From positions 11,162,001 to 11,226,000 of the forward strand of contig OZ076409.1 of the NCBI GenBank assembly GCA_964187785.1: a stretch of 64,000 nucleotides of DNA. Reading direction: 5' to 3'. Positions 1-9,789 of this stretch are shown here, one piece after another. Each line of letters starts with the position of its first letter. Within the stretch, counting starts at the first letter, position 1. The position numbers and the translations under genes are program-made. The notes beneath the pieces were generated by a model that ran no database searches, was not told where the DNA came from, and saw nothing but the letters and a program-made list of their open reading frames with translations. Origin of the DNA: Amphiscolops sp. MND2022. Lineage: Eukaryota.

Positions 1-542
1 TGCTTGCTAGTGAGGTGGAGCAGTTCACAGAATTGTTAATCGATCTGCGGAGAATCCGTACATCAGAGAAACGACAGATGGATGGAAGTTTCAGGTCGTT
101 TTTGACGAATTTCCGGCGCGGGGCAACTGATGTCGCTGTTGACAGTTGCAGTTCAGCCGTGGATATTCTCCGAGCCTGCGATAATCTGCATTCTCGACGT
201 TTGTTTCGTTTCCTGATGTGCCTTGGAGGGAGTCCCCTTTTCCCAGGAACTTTGAGTTGTGTTGGTGTGGGGCAGTTGCGTGCGAATGTTACAACTAGTG
301 TGTGTGCTACTATCTTGAGTTTCCTCAAGACTCATTGTGTTCGCCAGTTTGAAAGTGTCAGTGGGCCCTTAGTAGAAGAAGTCGTCGACGCAATAAGTCG
401 ATTTACAGTCCTGTCAGAGTTAACCGAAGAGATGCTCTGGGATGACGTCGGAGTTGTTGCAGACGAAGCTTATCGTCAATCTCTTTATGAGTTGATGGGT
501 TTCACTGAAGAGGGGGAACGTGCTCCGAGTCCGGAAGTTTGA
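1..542 (+). CDS. C-terminal part of the antisense accessory (hAT/ZBED-like) protein of element A
   Basis: FRSFLTNFRR..AVDILR..HSRRLFRFLMCL..FP..TILSFL..LWDDV aligns by eye with B (QYMQLLDHLR..LIEFL..LFYLFKLCCL..YP..VQSYM..PWSYV) and C (FYSYVVEKRR..VMAFL..SRHNVLRIFKLCCL..YP..VQSYV..VWKNV). Same position and orientation relative to pol. Confidence 0.7.
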   Translation, partial: LASEVEQFTELLIDLRRIRTSEKRQMDGSFRSFLTNFRRGATDVAVDSCSSAVDILRACDNLHSRRLFRFLMCLGGSPLFPGTLSCVGVGQLRANVTTSVCATILSFLKTHCVRQFESVSGPLVEEVVDAISRFTVLSELTEEMLWDDVGVVADEAYRQSLYELMGFTEEGERAPSPEV

Positions 543-867
543 AGACTTGCTGTTCGCTACAATTTTTGCTGTATATTGTTTCATTGTGTACGTTTTGATT
601 TATTATTTTATTTTATTTGTGGTACAGGTAGTGTTAGTGTGGGTGACCAAATCAATGAAAATACTATTAGATGAGGGAGGAGTGAAAAATACTACGTCGG
701 AAAGGTCGGTAGTATGATTTATGTACATTAATTAAAATTTGGTGCCCGAAATTCATTTTCATTTAGAGCTGTTAGTGGTAGACGTTGTAGGTAGTGAAAT
801 TTTGCGGTTCATAACTTTCTTAGTCTGCTAGTAAGTCATGTCATTGAGCTATTCGGGTTCCTGTTGT

Positions 868-1249
868 CATCGCTTTAACATCGTTTTTTCGTTGTCGTAA
901 GTCTCAAATGGCTCTTCTCACGGTGATCATCGTTGTTACATCTAATATACATGTAGGTAGTATATCAGCGTTGCGGTATTGATTTTACATCTCATTTTCA
1001 TCACGTTTTCCTCGGTTGACCGGGCGACGTCGCGAAAGTTGTTTTCTCATCTTTTTTACATCGTTTGTTATATGCGATTCCTTGCATGTTTGTTACATGT
1101 GATTTTCCTACATAGTTCATCGTTTTTTCATCTTGCCTTTGAATTTTTGCATTTTTGCTAGTTTTTGGTGTAATTCATCGTTTTTGCATCGCAAGTTTGT
1201 CTTGTCCAGTTTTTGCTCATTTTGCTGTATAGTTCATCTTCTTTTCATC
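868..1249. repeat. Array of CATC-N7-CATC motifs at ~60-bp period
   Basis: Sites start at 868, 928, 988, 1048, 1118, 1176 and 1235. Confidence 0.9.
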
Positions 1250-2631
1250 GTATTTTTGAAATGTACAATTTTTGCGTGTATTCGATGTTATTTTGCTATA
1301 ACGTAAGCGGGGTTGCATTTTTCATGTCCGGGGGAAATTTTTATTAGTATTGCGGTGATTCAGAGTGTTTTCTTCATGTATTTTAGCGTTATACGGTTAT
1401 AATCGTTTGTCGTGTTTTTGAATTTGCATGAATTTTATAGTACATGTGGTTTGATCATCGTCGTCATTTTTCTAATTTGTCATCTTCGGAACGTCATAGC
1501 ATGTATTTTTAGTTCGAATTCTGGTGACCGCCGCGTGCGTGGCAGTCGAAAATAAGTTCACTCAGCAGTGGTACTGATAGCCTGTAGGCGTGCAAGGTAC
1601 TAGTGGCTTCAGTCCAAAGCTGGGTGAGTGGAGCTGCTCCGCTCCTTTCAGATGAATTGAATCTCGTAGTTTCGGGCTATATATAGTGTATATGTCATTT
1701 TTTCGGTTGGTTGTTTGCCATTATTCATCGAAATGGGTTTGTCCATTTGACGGTCAGTCCGATCAATTAATATGATTGACAACTACAGTTATGCATGTGT
1801 CCAGTTTGAGACTATCTGTTTCTTGTATTTACATGTATGGATTGTTACATGATGTGTTCTTTTTAAATGGGTTGCCCCATTATTGACATGTCGTTATATG
1901 TTCGGTGTCAGTTTCATGTTTTTTAATTTTATTTTCGTTCATTTGGACAGGGCTTTGTCGTCACAAAGCCCCTACAAAACTAACTGAGAATCCACTAGCC
2001 GCTGGATAACCAACGCAGCAAGCTTCATCCGAATATGGTTGTGAGCTCCCCGCCTCAACTAACCAGCACTCTTTTCAGAGAAATGCCAGCCAGCACGAAG
2101 GAATGTTTTTTAGTTTTTCGATAGGGGTGTTTTGTATGTTATGAGCTGATGTTTACTGGGGGGTGCTCACTCCTTTATTAGTTTTGTAGTTGTTTCGTCA
2201 ATTCTTATATTTTGCATGTAAGTTAGTAGACTTCATGTATTTTCGTTTGTTTGTTTCATTTTTATTCGTCTAGGTTCGGATGGTTTTGGTGTGAATTGCA
2301 TATATTATCTCATTCATTTTTGAACGGTACATGTATATTTCCGTGCGTTGCTCATTTGTATTGCATGTAGTTTGGAATTGTTAATTGCTTTCGTGACGTC
2401 ATTGATTTGGCAGGTCTTTGAACCGTACATGTATTGATCATTTCATTTTTGTGTCGCATAATTCTATTTGCATGATTCGAAATAAGGTCAGCTGTTTTTT
2501 ATCGTTTCGTGGAGTTACATGTTGTTTGAGAATTAGCTGATTTGTTGTGATGTTATGTTGATGGTGTTTCCCATCACAAAGAGGTTTTGGTAAGTCATTT
2601 AATATTTTCGATCTTCTATTTAGACTAAATA

Positions 2632-3095
2632 CATCGTTTTGACATCCTCCAGCGAAGCTAGAGTATTGTGTCAGGTTAACGATAAATTCGGTCACGATTT
2701 GATGGTAGTGTCCATCACAAATTCATCTCGTTATTTGATTTCATGTAATTTATGAATAATTGGATCGAGTTCATCGCTATTTCATCCTCTAGCCGAGCTA
2801 GAGTCTTATGATAGCATGAACGTGAGTGCGTTCGCATTCTGATGGTATTTTCCATCTCAAATGCATCGTTAGTAAATATTGCATGTTGATTGGTCGATTT
2901 TTTGGTTGAGTTCATCACTTTTTCATCTCTCGTGTGTCTGAGCTAAATTTTCGTGTGGTTTCATCCTTTTTTCATCTCAAACTTTTGTGTGGTGTTTTTT
3001 CTGGTTTTTTGATCGTTTTCCATCCGTTTTACATCGCGTTTTGTTTGTATGCGGCTTTCATGTGATTTTTAGTAACTTTTCATCCATTTTGCATC
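2632..3095. repeat. Second array of CATC-N7-CATC motifs
   Basis: Sites start at 2632, 2713, 2772, 2853, 2913, 2962, 3021 and 3081. Confidence 0.9.
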
Positions 3096-3193
3096 TTCAT
3101 GTGTTTTTTAAGTTAAAATTGCATATAATTCGTTCGTTTTTGTGATTTATTCATCCGTAACAGATCTCAGGTTTAAAATGAGACTTTTCTTGG

Positions 3194-6100
3194 CTAAATC
3201 GTTACGTCTATTTTGTTGGTCTTTCTCAGTGCGTTTCTAGCTGAAGTAATCTCATGAATGAGGAAGTCTGGATACGTTTTCGGTGTAGGGTTCTCACGTA
3301 ACCTGTACCTACTTTGATTTGATCTAGACGGTCTAGGACTCATCCTTTCTTCATCTTCATTTTGCGTGTTTGTCTGTTGTGACTGGTTTTCGTGTTGTTC
3401 GTCTCTCAGAGGTACTCTTATCCTACTTTCATCGCGGGGAGGCGGTAGAATAATTTCTTCTCGCGTTCCAAATCTAACTGTAGGTGGTCTAAAGTTGTTG
3501 TGATCAGTTTCTACTTGGTGATAGTCTATTCTCGTGGTTATTTCTGGTGGAATTACTTGTGGAGTGTGTTGTTCTTGTACCCGAGGAATTGTTTCTTCTG
3601 AAGGCTCTTCTTCGACCAAGTCTTGATCTAGATTGTCATTCTCATTCTGATCTACTTCGTCGGTCGTCGGAATATTCGAGTCGAAAATGTCCGTGTCTTC
3701 AACCCTTTCGGTATCTGGGTAGAGATGTTTGGACGCGTTGATGTCGTCAATCGGAAATTCCGGTTTGAACAATCTCAGTCGCATGCGATGTACGCACTGA
3801 GTTTGGTGTGTGCCTACTTTGCGGATGATGTAGTTGCTATCGGATAGCACTTTAATCACCTTGTACGGTCCTTTCCAATGGAAAGTTTTAAACTCTTCTT
3901 TGCTTCTCTGAGAGTCGTACTTAGGGTCTAGTAGGAACACAAATTCATTCACCTTCAGTGGCTGTGCTCGTGCTATTCTCTCATAGTACGTTTTGTATTT
4001 GTGATAGGCGGAAATGATGTTATCTAGATTGTCTCTGAAGATAAAATTCATTTTGTCTAGAATTTCGTTCACGTCCTTGCACTTTGTTTCAGCCGGTTTG
4101 TTTGCGTTTCGGAATTGCAGATCTAGTGAGTTGTATGGTGTTCTTCCGTGGAAAATTTCAGTTGGTGAACATTTCAGTGAATCATGATACGTTGTGTTAT
4201 GGGCCATGATTGCTATGTCGACATAGCGGTCCCATTGTGGTCTGTCTGCGTTTACGCTAATCTTAAGGATCTTTTTCAGTTTCGCGTGCGTTCTCTCCAC
4301 CATGCCTATCGTCTGCGCGTGCTTTATCGTGGCATGGGAGATGTGAATATCAGCCGCTTTCGCGATTTCAGACAGAAGTTCAGCCGTGAACGCCGTGCCC
4401 TTGTCGGTCAGAATGTGTTTGGGCACATACGCGTGTTTTGTGAAGATCGACAGTAGTCCTCTGACTACGGAATGTGTGTCAGGTCTCTTCAGCGGAACGG
4501 CGAACAGGTAGCGCGAAAAAACGTCAACAGCCGTCAGGATGTGTGTAAAACCGTTCGATGCCGGGAGTGGACCAACGATGTCTATTTCCAGCAGGTCTTC
4601 TGGTCCGTCGCACGGGTCGTAGATTTTTTGTAACGGTGGACGTAGTTGCGTTTCTTTTACACTTTTAGACTTCATGCAGTTTTCACATCCGTCAAGGACT
4701 TTTTGAACTTTACAGGCTAAGTTAGGAGAGTAATATCTTTTACGAAGTTCATACAACATTTTCTTTAAACCAGGGTGTCCTTGTACCGGGCTGTTATGTA
4801 GAGTCCTAATTATTTTCAAAATACAGTCTTCAGGAACGACTAACTGCTTGTGAGACTCTAGTCCCGTGTGATCAAAAAACTGTCTGTACAAGACACCGTT
4901 TACAACTTGTAGGCGTTTTCGATTTTTGTACAACTTTTGAAAAAACTGGTCTTGCATATTAACTGGGTGTTGCAAAATTTCAGTACCTTCTAAAAATCTA
5001 ATCATTTTTTGGATAACCCAGTTATTTTTCTGGACCTGAATTAGATCGATCCCCTCGGCGGGGCTAACCTGACTCATTACCGGGTTTGATAATGATACTT
5101 TACGGATGAATTGCGAGAGTTGGATCGGCTCGTCCACGTCTGTGAGGCGGTACGTCAGATGGTTGTCAGTCGCGAAGTCATCTGAGGCCGCAGTTCTCTC
5201 ACAGTTGGTGAACTTCATCCCTTTCCCATCGTCATGAGCCACGTCAGTGCCAGTTGCCAATTTCATCTCTTTGACATCCTTCTGGCGTTTGCATCTGAGT
5301 GGTTCGCTCGCGGGGAAGTAATCAGGCTCGTCTTCCTCCTGTTTTGGTGTACGGGAGGCGATGTCGATCTCGATCCTGTGAATTGGAATAGTATCAGTCA
5401 ATTTTAAATGTACACGGTCTTCAGGTCTAATCTCAAGCCGAGATAAGTAATCCGCTGCGGGATTTTCAACTCCTGGAACATGTGCTAATAGAAAATTGAA
5501 CTGAAGGGTTTGATCGCAAAAATTCCAAAGTGAAGGCGGGATATGCTTCGCCTGGAAAAATCTAGTCAAGGCCTTATTGTCAGTCATAACAATGATGGGT
5601 TTTTTCGCACCCCACAAAATGTGGCCAAATTCATCGAAGGCAAAGTGCATAGCTAGAAACTCTTTGGCATACATTGTTAGAGACATCTGGCCGCCCTGAA
5701 ATTTCTTAGAGCCAAATGCAACAGGGGCGTATGTATGTTTGACTGACGGGTCTGCATAATCCTCGATTAACAACACATAGCCTGCAGCGTGTTCGCTGGC
5801 GTCACACATGATTACCAGTTGTTTATCTGGTAATGGCAATTTCAGAGACACTTTTGTTGCTTTTAACAAACTTTCATTAATTTCAAAAATAGCATCTTTA
5901 TGTTGTTGGTTCAGCTTGAAAGGGACGTCTTTCTTGATGAGTTCCTGTAAACAACAAGTTTTATCAGCTAGACGGGGAATGTAAGATCTGTAAAAGTTCA
6001 CAAAACCAAGATAACGTTGCAACGCTTTCACTGAATTGGGGGGTTTCAACTTCGTTAAATAGTCTGTTACGCGTTTTTCAATGGGAGCAATACCAGTGCT

Positions 6101-8287
6101 AGAAATGGTTTTTCCCAAGTACTCAATTTGTTTTTGTCCAAATTCACATTTACTCATGCTAAGTTTAAGACCAGCTTTGTGCAATTGTTGAAAAACAAGT
6201 TCAAGGTTGGTAATCAATTCTTCGGGTGAGTGTGCTGCAATTCCAATATCGTCAACATATTGGGCACAGCGGTCCGCTTTGACCAAGGGGTCCAAATACT
6301 CACGGATTACTCCTGTAAATGCTGACAAAGAACGATTAAGACCTTGTGCTAGACGTAAAAATGCAAAAGTTCTAGACCCAAAATTAAACGATAACAGTTG
6401 GACAGATTGCTCATCGGCCATTGGAATGCAATGGTAGGCCTGGGAACAATCAAGTTTGCAGAAGTACTTTTTCCCGGCCATGTGTTGGGCAGCGTCAGCA
6501 ATTGTTGTTACGGGATGATTGTGCTCACCGTAATCGTTTTTGATCAGGTGGTTTATTCTTCTCAAGTCAACTAAAATCCTCAATTTACCATTAGGTTTAC
6601 GCTGAGCAAATATCGGGGAAGAGTATTTGCTGTGAGGCAAAGTAGTTATAATCCCGTACTCTTGCATTAGGGCTAACTCCACGAGCAAATCGTCCTTCAA
6701 ATTTGTCGGAGTCGGGAGACTTTGTGAATAAACAGGTTCTTCATGTTGAGGTGTTAACTTAACTTTAAAATCAGTGTTCATGCCAATATCAAAACGATGT
6801 CTAGCAAAAATGGAGTTGTACTTTACCAGCAACTCCTCTACCTGTAACCGTTGAGACGGAGTAAGAAGCGAGTCGTCCCAGTTGAAGTTCTTCAGGAAGT
6901 TCATCCGTTGTTCATCGGATTGGGACGGGTCAAGCTTCTCGAGCTCTCGCAGTGCCAGAATCTCATCATAAATCCGTCGCTCAATTGCGTTGAGTTTGTC
7001 TGGCTCACTGCACGTCTCGGGAGTTGGGTACCACTTGGTTGACTTCATTTCAGGGTTCACGAACAGTTGGTTGATCACTGCTTCGGCTTCATCTGGATAC
7101 TTGGTGATCAAGTTCAAGTGTTCCACTGGCATGGGCGCGATGTTTGCCGCCTGGTGTGGTGTCGGGATGCGAAAGTGTGCCAGAGTGGTGTTGGCTTCAA
7201 GTGTGTACGTGTGGTTGTTTGGGTTGGTGACCTGGATTGTCGTCTTGCCCTCGTCTAGGTCAACCAAAGCTGGAGAAACAAGCAAACACGTCTTTCGCAT
7301 GAATCCAGGTGAGCCCTCAACTGTACCAGTTGTAAGTGAGATGTCCGCGTCACTGTGGACCTGTATCATCACTTGATGGAGAGGAGGGATCACTGTTCTA
7401 GTGCTGGAACACAAATCAATTAAACCAGTTTTGAATCTGTTGTTCTTTTGCTGTCTAACTTGCATGGACATCATGTGATTAGGGAAGTGGACAAGGTGGT
7501 TTTTGATGTCTAAGTTGACTGAGTACTTTTCAAAAAAGGACATTCCAATTAAAATTGTTCCCATTGTTGGAAGGATTAGGAACGTTTCTTCGAATACTTT
7601 TCCAGCAACGTAAAATCTAAGTAAGACTTGCTTACGCACTGGGACTAAGTTCCCGTTTGCTATTTGAATTTTGAAATTCGGAGGGGGGAATTCTTGAAGG
7701 ATGGCTTCTGGATGAGCCGTTGTTATTTTTCGCAGTTCGGCTTCAGACATTGCACTTTGTATTGCGCCTGTGTCTAAAAGTGCGCTGTTTTCGTATTTGT
7801 CAAACTGAAGAGGGACGTACAGCATTTTATCTTTCTTGTTTAAATGTAAAGTGGGACTGAGAACGTGAATTTCTGTTTTAATTGCATGTTTTTTAGTTTT
7901 CGAAACGTTAATACTACTCTGTTTTGCATGTTTTTTAATACTAAGCCGTTTGTCGATTGTTGAGTGTGAAGTCGAGTCGTCGTCTAGATGGTGGGTTTCC
8001 ATCTCTTTGGCATCTTCCACCTGCCTCATGGTGTTTGGTTGCCAGTTCATCGTTTGTTCATCGTTGATTTCAGCGAGTGGAGAAAACCGGCTGCCGTTGA
8101 GTTGACGTGCATTTCTCATCGCTTTTTCATCGTTGGAAAGTCTTCGCTGATAGACGTCGTCAGCTTTTGGTCGTTTGTCCAATGAAGGCTGCCATTTCTT
8201 CATTGGACGGTCGTGTGTAGTCGGTTGAGTCGAAAGTCGTTGGTCGCGCGTTGTGTTTCTAGCGGGTGGAAATCGTGGCGGAATCAA
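3194..8287 (-). CDS. pol: Gypsy Pol polyprotein of element A (protease, RT, RNase H, integrase), expressed by -1 frameshift from gag
   Basis: LLDTGA protease; KLDCSQAYH and YVDD RT; CDAS RNase H; H-x6-GH..CENC zinc finger; IDIVGP/TDKG/ERTH DDE core; WKGPY motif; uninterrupted 1697 codons. Confidence 0.97.
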   Translation of the reverse strand: MIPPRFPPARNTTRDQRLSTQPTTHDRPMKKWQPSLDKRPKADDVYQRRLSNDEKAMRNARQLNGSRFSPLAEINDEQTMNWQPNTMRQVEDAKEMETHHLDDDSTSHSTIDKRLSIKKHAKQSSINVSKTKKHAIKTEIHVLSPTLHLNKKDKMLYVPLQFDKYENSALLDTGAIQSAMSEAELRKITTAHPEAILQEFPPPNFKIQIANGNLVPVRKQVLLRFYVAGKVFEETFLILPTMGTILIGMSFFEKYSVNLDIKNHLVHFPNHMMSMQVRQQKNNRFKTGLIDLCSSTRTVIPPLHQVMIQVHSDADISLTTGTVEGSPGFMRKTCLLVSPALVDLDEGKTTIQVTNPNNHTYTLEANTTLAHFRIPTPHQAANIAPMPVEHLNLITKYPDEAEAVINQLFVNPEMKSTKWYPTPETCSEPDKLNAIERRIYDEILALRELEKLDPSQSDEQRMNFLKNFNWDDSLLTPSQRLQVEELLVKYNSIFARHRFDIGMNTDFKVKLTPQHEEPVYSQSLPTPTNLKDDLLVELALMQEYGIITTLPHSKYSSPIFAQRKPNGKLRILVDLRRINHLIKNDYGEHNHPVTTIADAAQHMAGKKYFCKLDCSQAYHCIPMADEQSVQLLSFNFGSRTFAFLRLAQGLNRSLSAFTGVIREYLDPLVKADRCAQYVDDIGIAAHSPEELITNLELVFQQLHKAGLKLSMSKCEFGQKQIEYLGKTISSTGIAPIEKRVTDYLTKLKPPNSVKALQRYLGFVNFYRSYIPRLADKTCCLQELIKKDVPFKLNQQHKDAIFEINESLLKATKVSLKLPLPDKQLVIMCDASEHAAGYVLLIEDYADPSVKHTYAPVAFGSKKFQGGQMSLTMYAKEFLAMHFAFDEFGHILWGAKKPIIVMTDNKALTRFFQAKHIPPSLWNFCDQTLQFNFLLAHVPGVENPAADYLSRLEIRPEDRVHLKLTDTIPIHRIEIDIASRTPKQEEDEPDYFPASEPLRCKRQKDVKEMKLATGTDVAHDDGKGMKFTNCERTAASDDFATDNHLTYRLTDVDEPIQLSQFIRKVSLSNPVMSQVSPAEGIDLIQVQKNNWVIQKMIRFLEGTEILQHPVNMQDQFFQKLYKNRKRLQVVNGVLYRQFFDHTGLESHKQLVVPEDCILKIIRTLHNSPVQGHPGLKKMLYELRKRYYSPNLACKVQKVLDGCENCMKSKSVKETQLRPPLQKIYDPCDGPEDLLEIDIVGPLPASNGFTHILTAVDVFSRYLFAVPLKRPDTHSVVRGLLSIFTKHAYVPKHILTDKGTAFTAELLSEIAKAADIHISHATIKHAQTIGMVERTHAKLKKILKISVNADRPQWDRYVDIAIMAHNTTYHDSLKCSPTEIFHGRTPYNSLDLQFRNANKPAETKCKDVNEILDKMNFIFRDNLDNIISAYHKYKTYYERIARAQPLKVNEFVFLLDPKYDSQRSKEEFKTFHWKGPYKVIKVLSDSNYIIRKVGTHQTQCVHRMRLRLFKPEFPIDDINASKHLYPDTERVEDTDIFDSNIPTTDEVDQNENDNLDQDLVEEEPSEETIPRVQEQHTPQVIPPEITTRIDYHQVETDHNNFRPPTVRFGTREEIILPPPRDESRIRVPLRDEQHENQSQQTNTQNEDEERMSPRPSRSNQSRYRLRENPTPKTYPDFLIHEITSARNALRKTNKIDVTI

Positions 8288-9789
8288 AAACCCTGATTTA
8301 TGTCTTCATCAGAGTAGGTTTCTTGGTCTTCTTCTTCAGTGACTGCTTGCATAGGATTCATCGGCTTTTGTTGTCGTTTTAAGTCTTGTCTTCTAGTTCT
8401 GTTGTCATCTTGTGAATTCGTTGCGTATGGAATCTTTCCATATGCAGAACTGCTTTCTTTAGGTACACGTCGTCTGCAATCCCTTGCTGAGTGGCCTGTG
8501 TAACCGCAAATCTGGCAAACCAATTTTGGATTGTATTTCGGCTTATCTGGATCGGCTGCTTTCTTCATTGGGATTGCATCCTCCTTCTTTATGCCGTTCG
8601 CTTCGTCTCGTTGTCGGGCGCGACATTCCGTTTTGCGGTGTCCTGTCTTTCCGCAGTAGAAACATTGTCCTTCAAACCGTTTTCGTTCTGTCGGTTGTGT
8701 GGTCGTCGTTGTTGTTGTAGGCTTCGTCGTTGTAATCGTAGGTGGTGCTGAGGAGGTGACCGCGTTGAATGGTTGGATTGCCGTAGGTGGCGCGACGTAC
8801 TGCTGGTACTGGTATTTTCGCATTAGGTAGGTTTTGATTTCCTCTGGGGAGCTCTCTTCTTTGTTTGCCATGGTGAGCTCTTGTTGAATCTCGACTGGCA
8901 GTTTTCCAAACAGGAACATTTTGATTATACTGTCGGCGTCATTGCCGAAGGCTTGTTTGGCAGTCTTCTTGAGATTTTTGAGGAAATCGCCGAATGTTTC
9001 TGTTGTGGGATCATAGCGTGCTTGATCCCATTTGTAACGGGCCACTTCCTTTAGATCCTCTTTTGCAAATTCTTTTCTGAAGAGGTCGAGTACGTCCTTT
9101 AGTGTTGTCATTGGCGTTATCTGGATGGATTGCCAGTATTCTATTGCGTCATCTCTCAAAAGGCTTTGAAAGAAGTGTAGTTTGTTCTCCTCGGTGATTT
9201 TGTTGGCAAGCGGGCTAAGGTGGTTGAGGAGAAGGTGCTCAAATTCGACGAATTTGTCTTTTTGGCCTCTGAAATTTGGCACGTGTGTCTGCAGAAGCTT
9301 CGTGTTGGTGGTTGTGTTTTTGATCCGTTGGGGGATCGTCTCGATTGCATTGAGTAGTCGTTCCTCATTGCTTCTGGGGGTTGATTCTCCTTCGTCTGAA
9401 TCGTCTTCTTGGTAACTTCTGAAGTTGGTGAAGCTGGTTGTCGGGCGGTTGGAGCGGGTTTCTGTAGCTCCTGTCACCATGTCGAACCCAACCGTGTGGG
9501 TCGGCTTTGAAGGACCTTTCGAGGTTGACTGTCGGTTTTCGGTGTCTGTCTTACTTATGACAGCCATCATTAAGTCCTTCAGTTGACTGAACTCATTCTG
9601 TAGTTCGTTTATCTTTCTCTCATAACTCTCTTTTATTTCAGATAACTGAGACGAGATATCGGAAACCTCGTTGCTATCAGAATCATTGGCAGAAGACTGA
9701 GCCATGTCTGGGTCCGTTTGAATGGGTGTTTCTGATGAGGAACTAATAACTCTTCCGCTTCTGAGTTCTGTGCCTAGATCTGAGTTCAT
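8284..9789 (-). CDS. gag: Gag of element A with two CCHC zinc knuckles
   Basis: PNFRG capsid-like start; CFYCGKTGHRKTEC and CQICGYTGHSARDC; overlaps the start of pol. Confidence 0.95.
   Translation of the reverse strand: MNSDLGTELRSGRVISSSSETPIQTDPDMAQSSANDSDSNEVSDISSQLSEIKESYERKINELQNEFSQLKDLMMAVISKTDTENRQSTSKGPSKPTHTVGFDMVTGATETRSNRPTTSFTNFRSYQEDDSDEGESTPRSNEERLLNAIETIPQRIKNTTTNTKLLQTHVPNFRGQKDKFVEFEHLLLNHLSPLANKITEENKLHFFQSLLRDDAIEYWQSIQITPMTTLKDVLDLFRKEFAKEDLKEVARYKWDQARYDPTTETFGDFLKNLKKTAKQAFGNDADSIIKMFLFGKLPVEIQQELTMANKEESSPEEIKTYLMRKYQYQQYVAPPTAIQPFNAVTSSAPPTITTTKPTTTTTTTQPTERKRFEGQCFYCGKTGHRKTECRARQRDEANGIKKEDAIPMKKAADPDKPKYNPKLVCQICGYTGHSARDCRRRVPKESSSAYGKIPYATNSQDDNRTRRQDLKRQQKPMNPMQAVTEEEDQETYSDEDINQGF
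8287..8293 (-). promoter_or_regulatory. -1 ribosomal frameshift slippery site G GGU UUU
   Basis: CAG GGT TTT TGA ends gag; the -1 frame GGG TTT TTG ATT CCG is the pol frame. Confidence 0.85.
9468..9479 (-). promoter_or_regulatory. Primer-binding site TGGTGACAGGAG (tRNA-Leu-like, tentative) of element A
   Basis: Immediately follows the LTR-terminal CA; the same 12-mer occurs in B and C. Confidence 0.85.

Noticed and set aside
1520..1660. Self-cleaving ribozyme
   Set aside because: No complete hammerhead (CUGANGA/GAAA), HDV or twister core could be assembled by eye.
2035..2046. 12-bp inverted match to 11598-11609 (GCTCACAACCAT)
   Set aside because: Single short match that does not extend; compatible with chance.
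3547..9415. Many short plus-strand ORFs overlapping gag/pol (likewise in B and C)
   Set aside because: Antisense shadows of coding sequence with no motifs.
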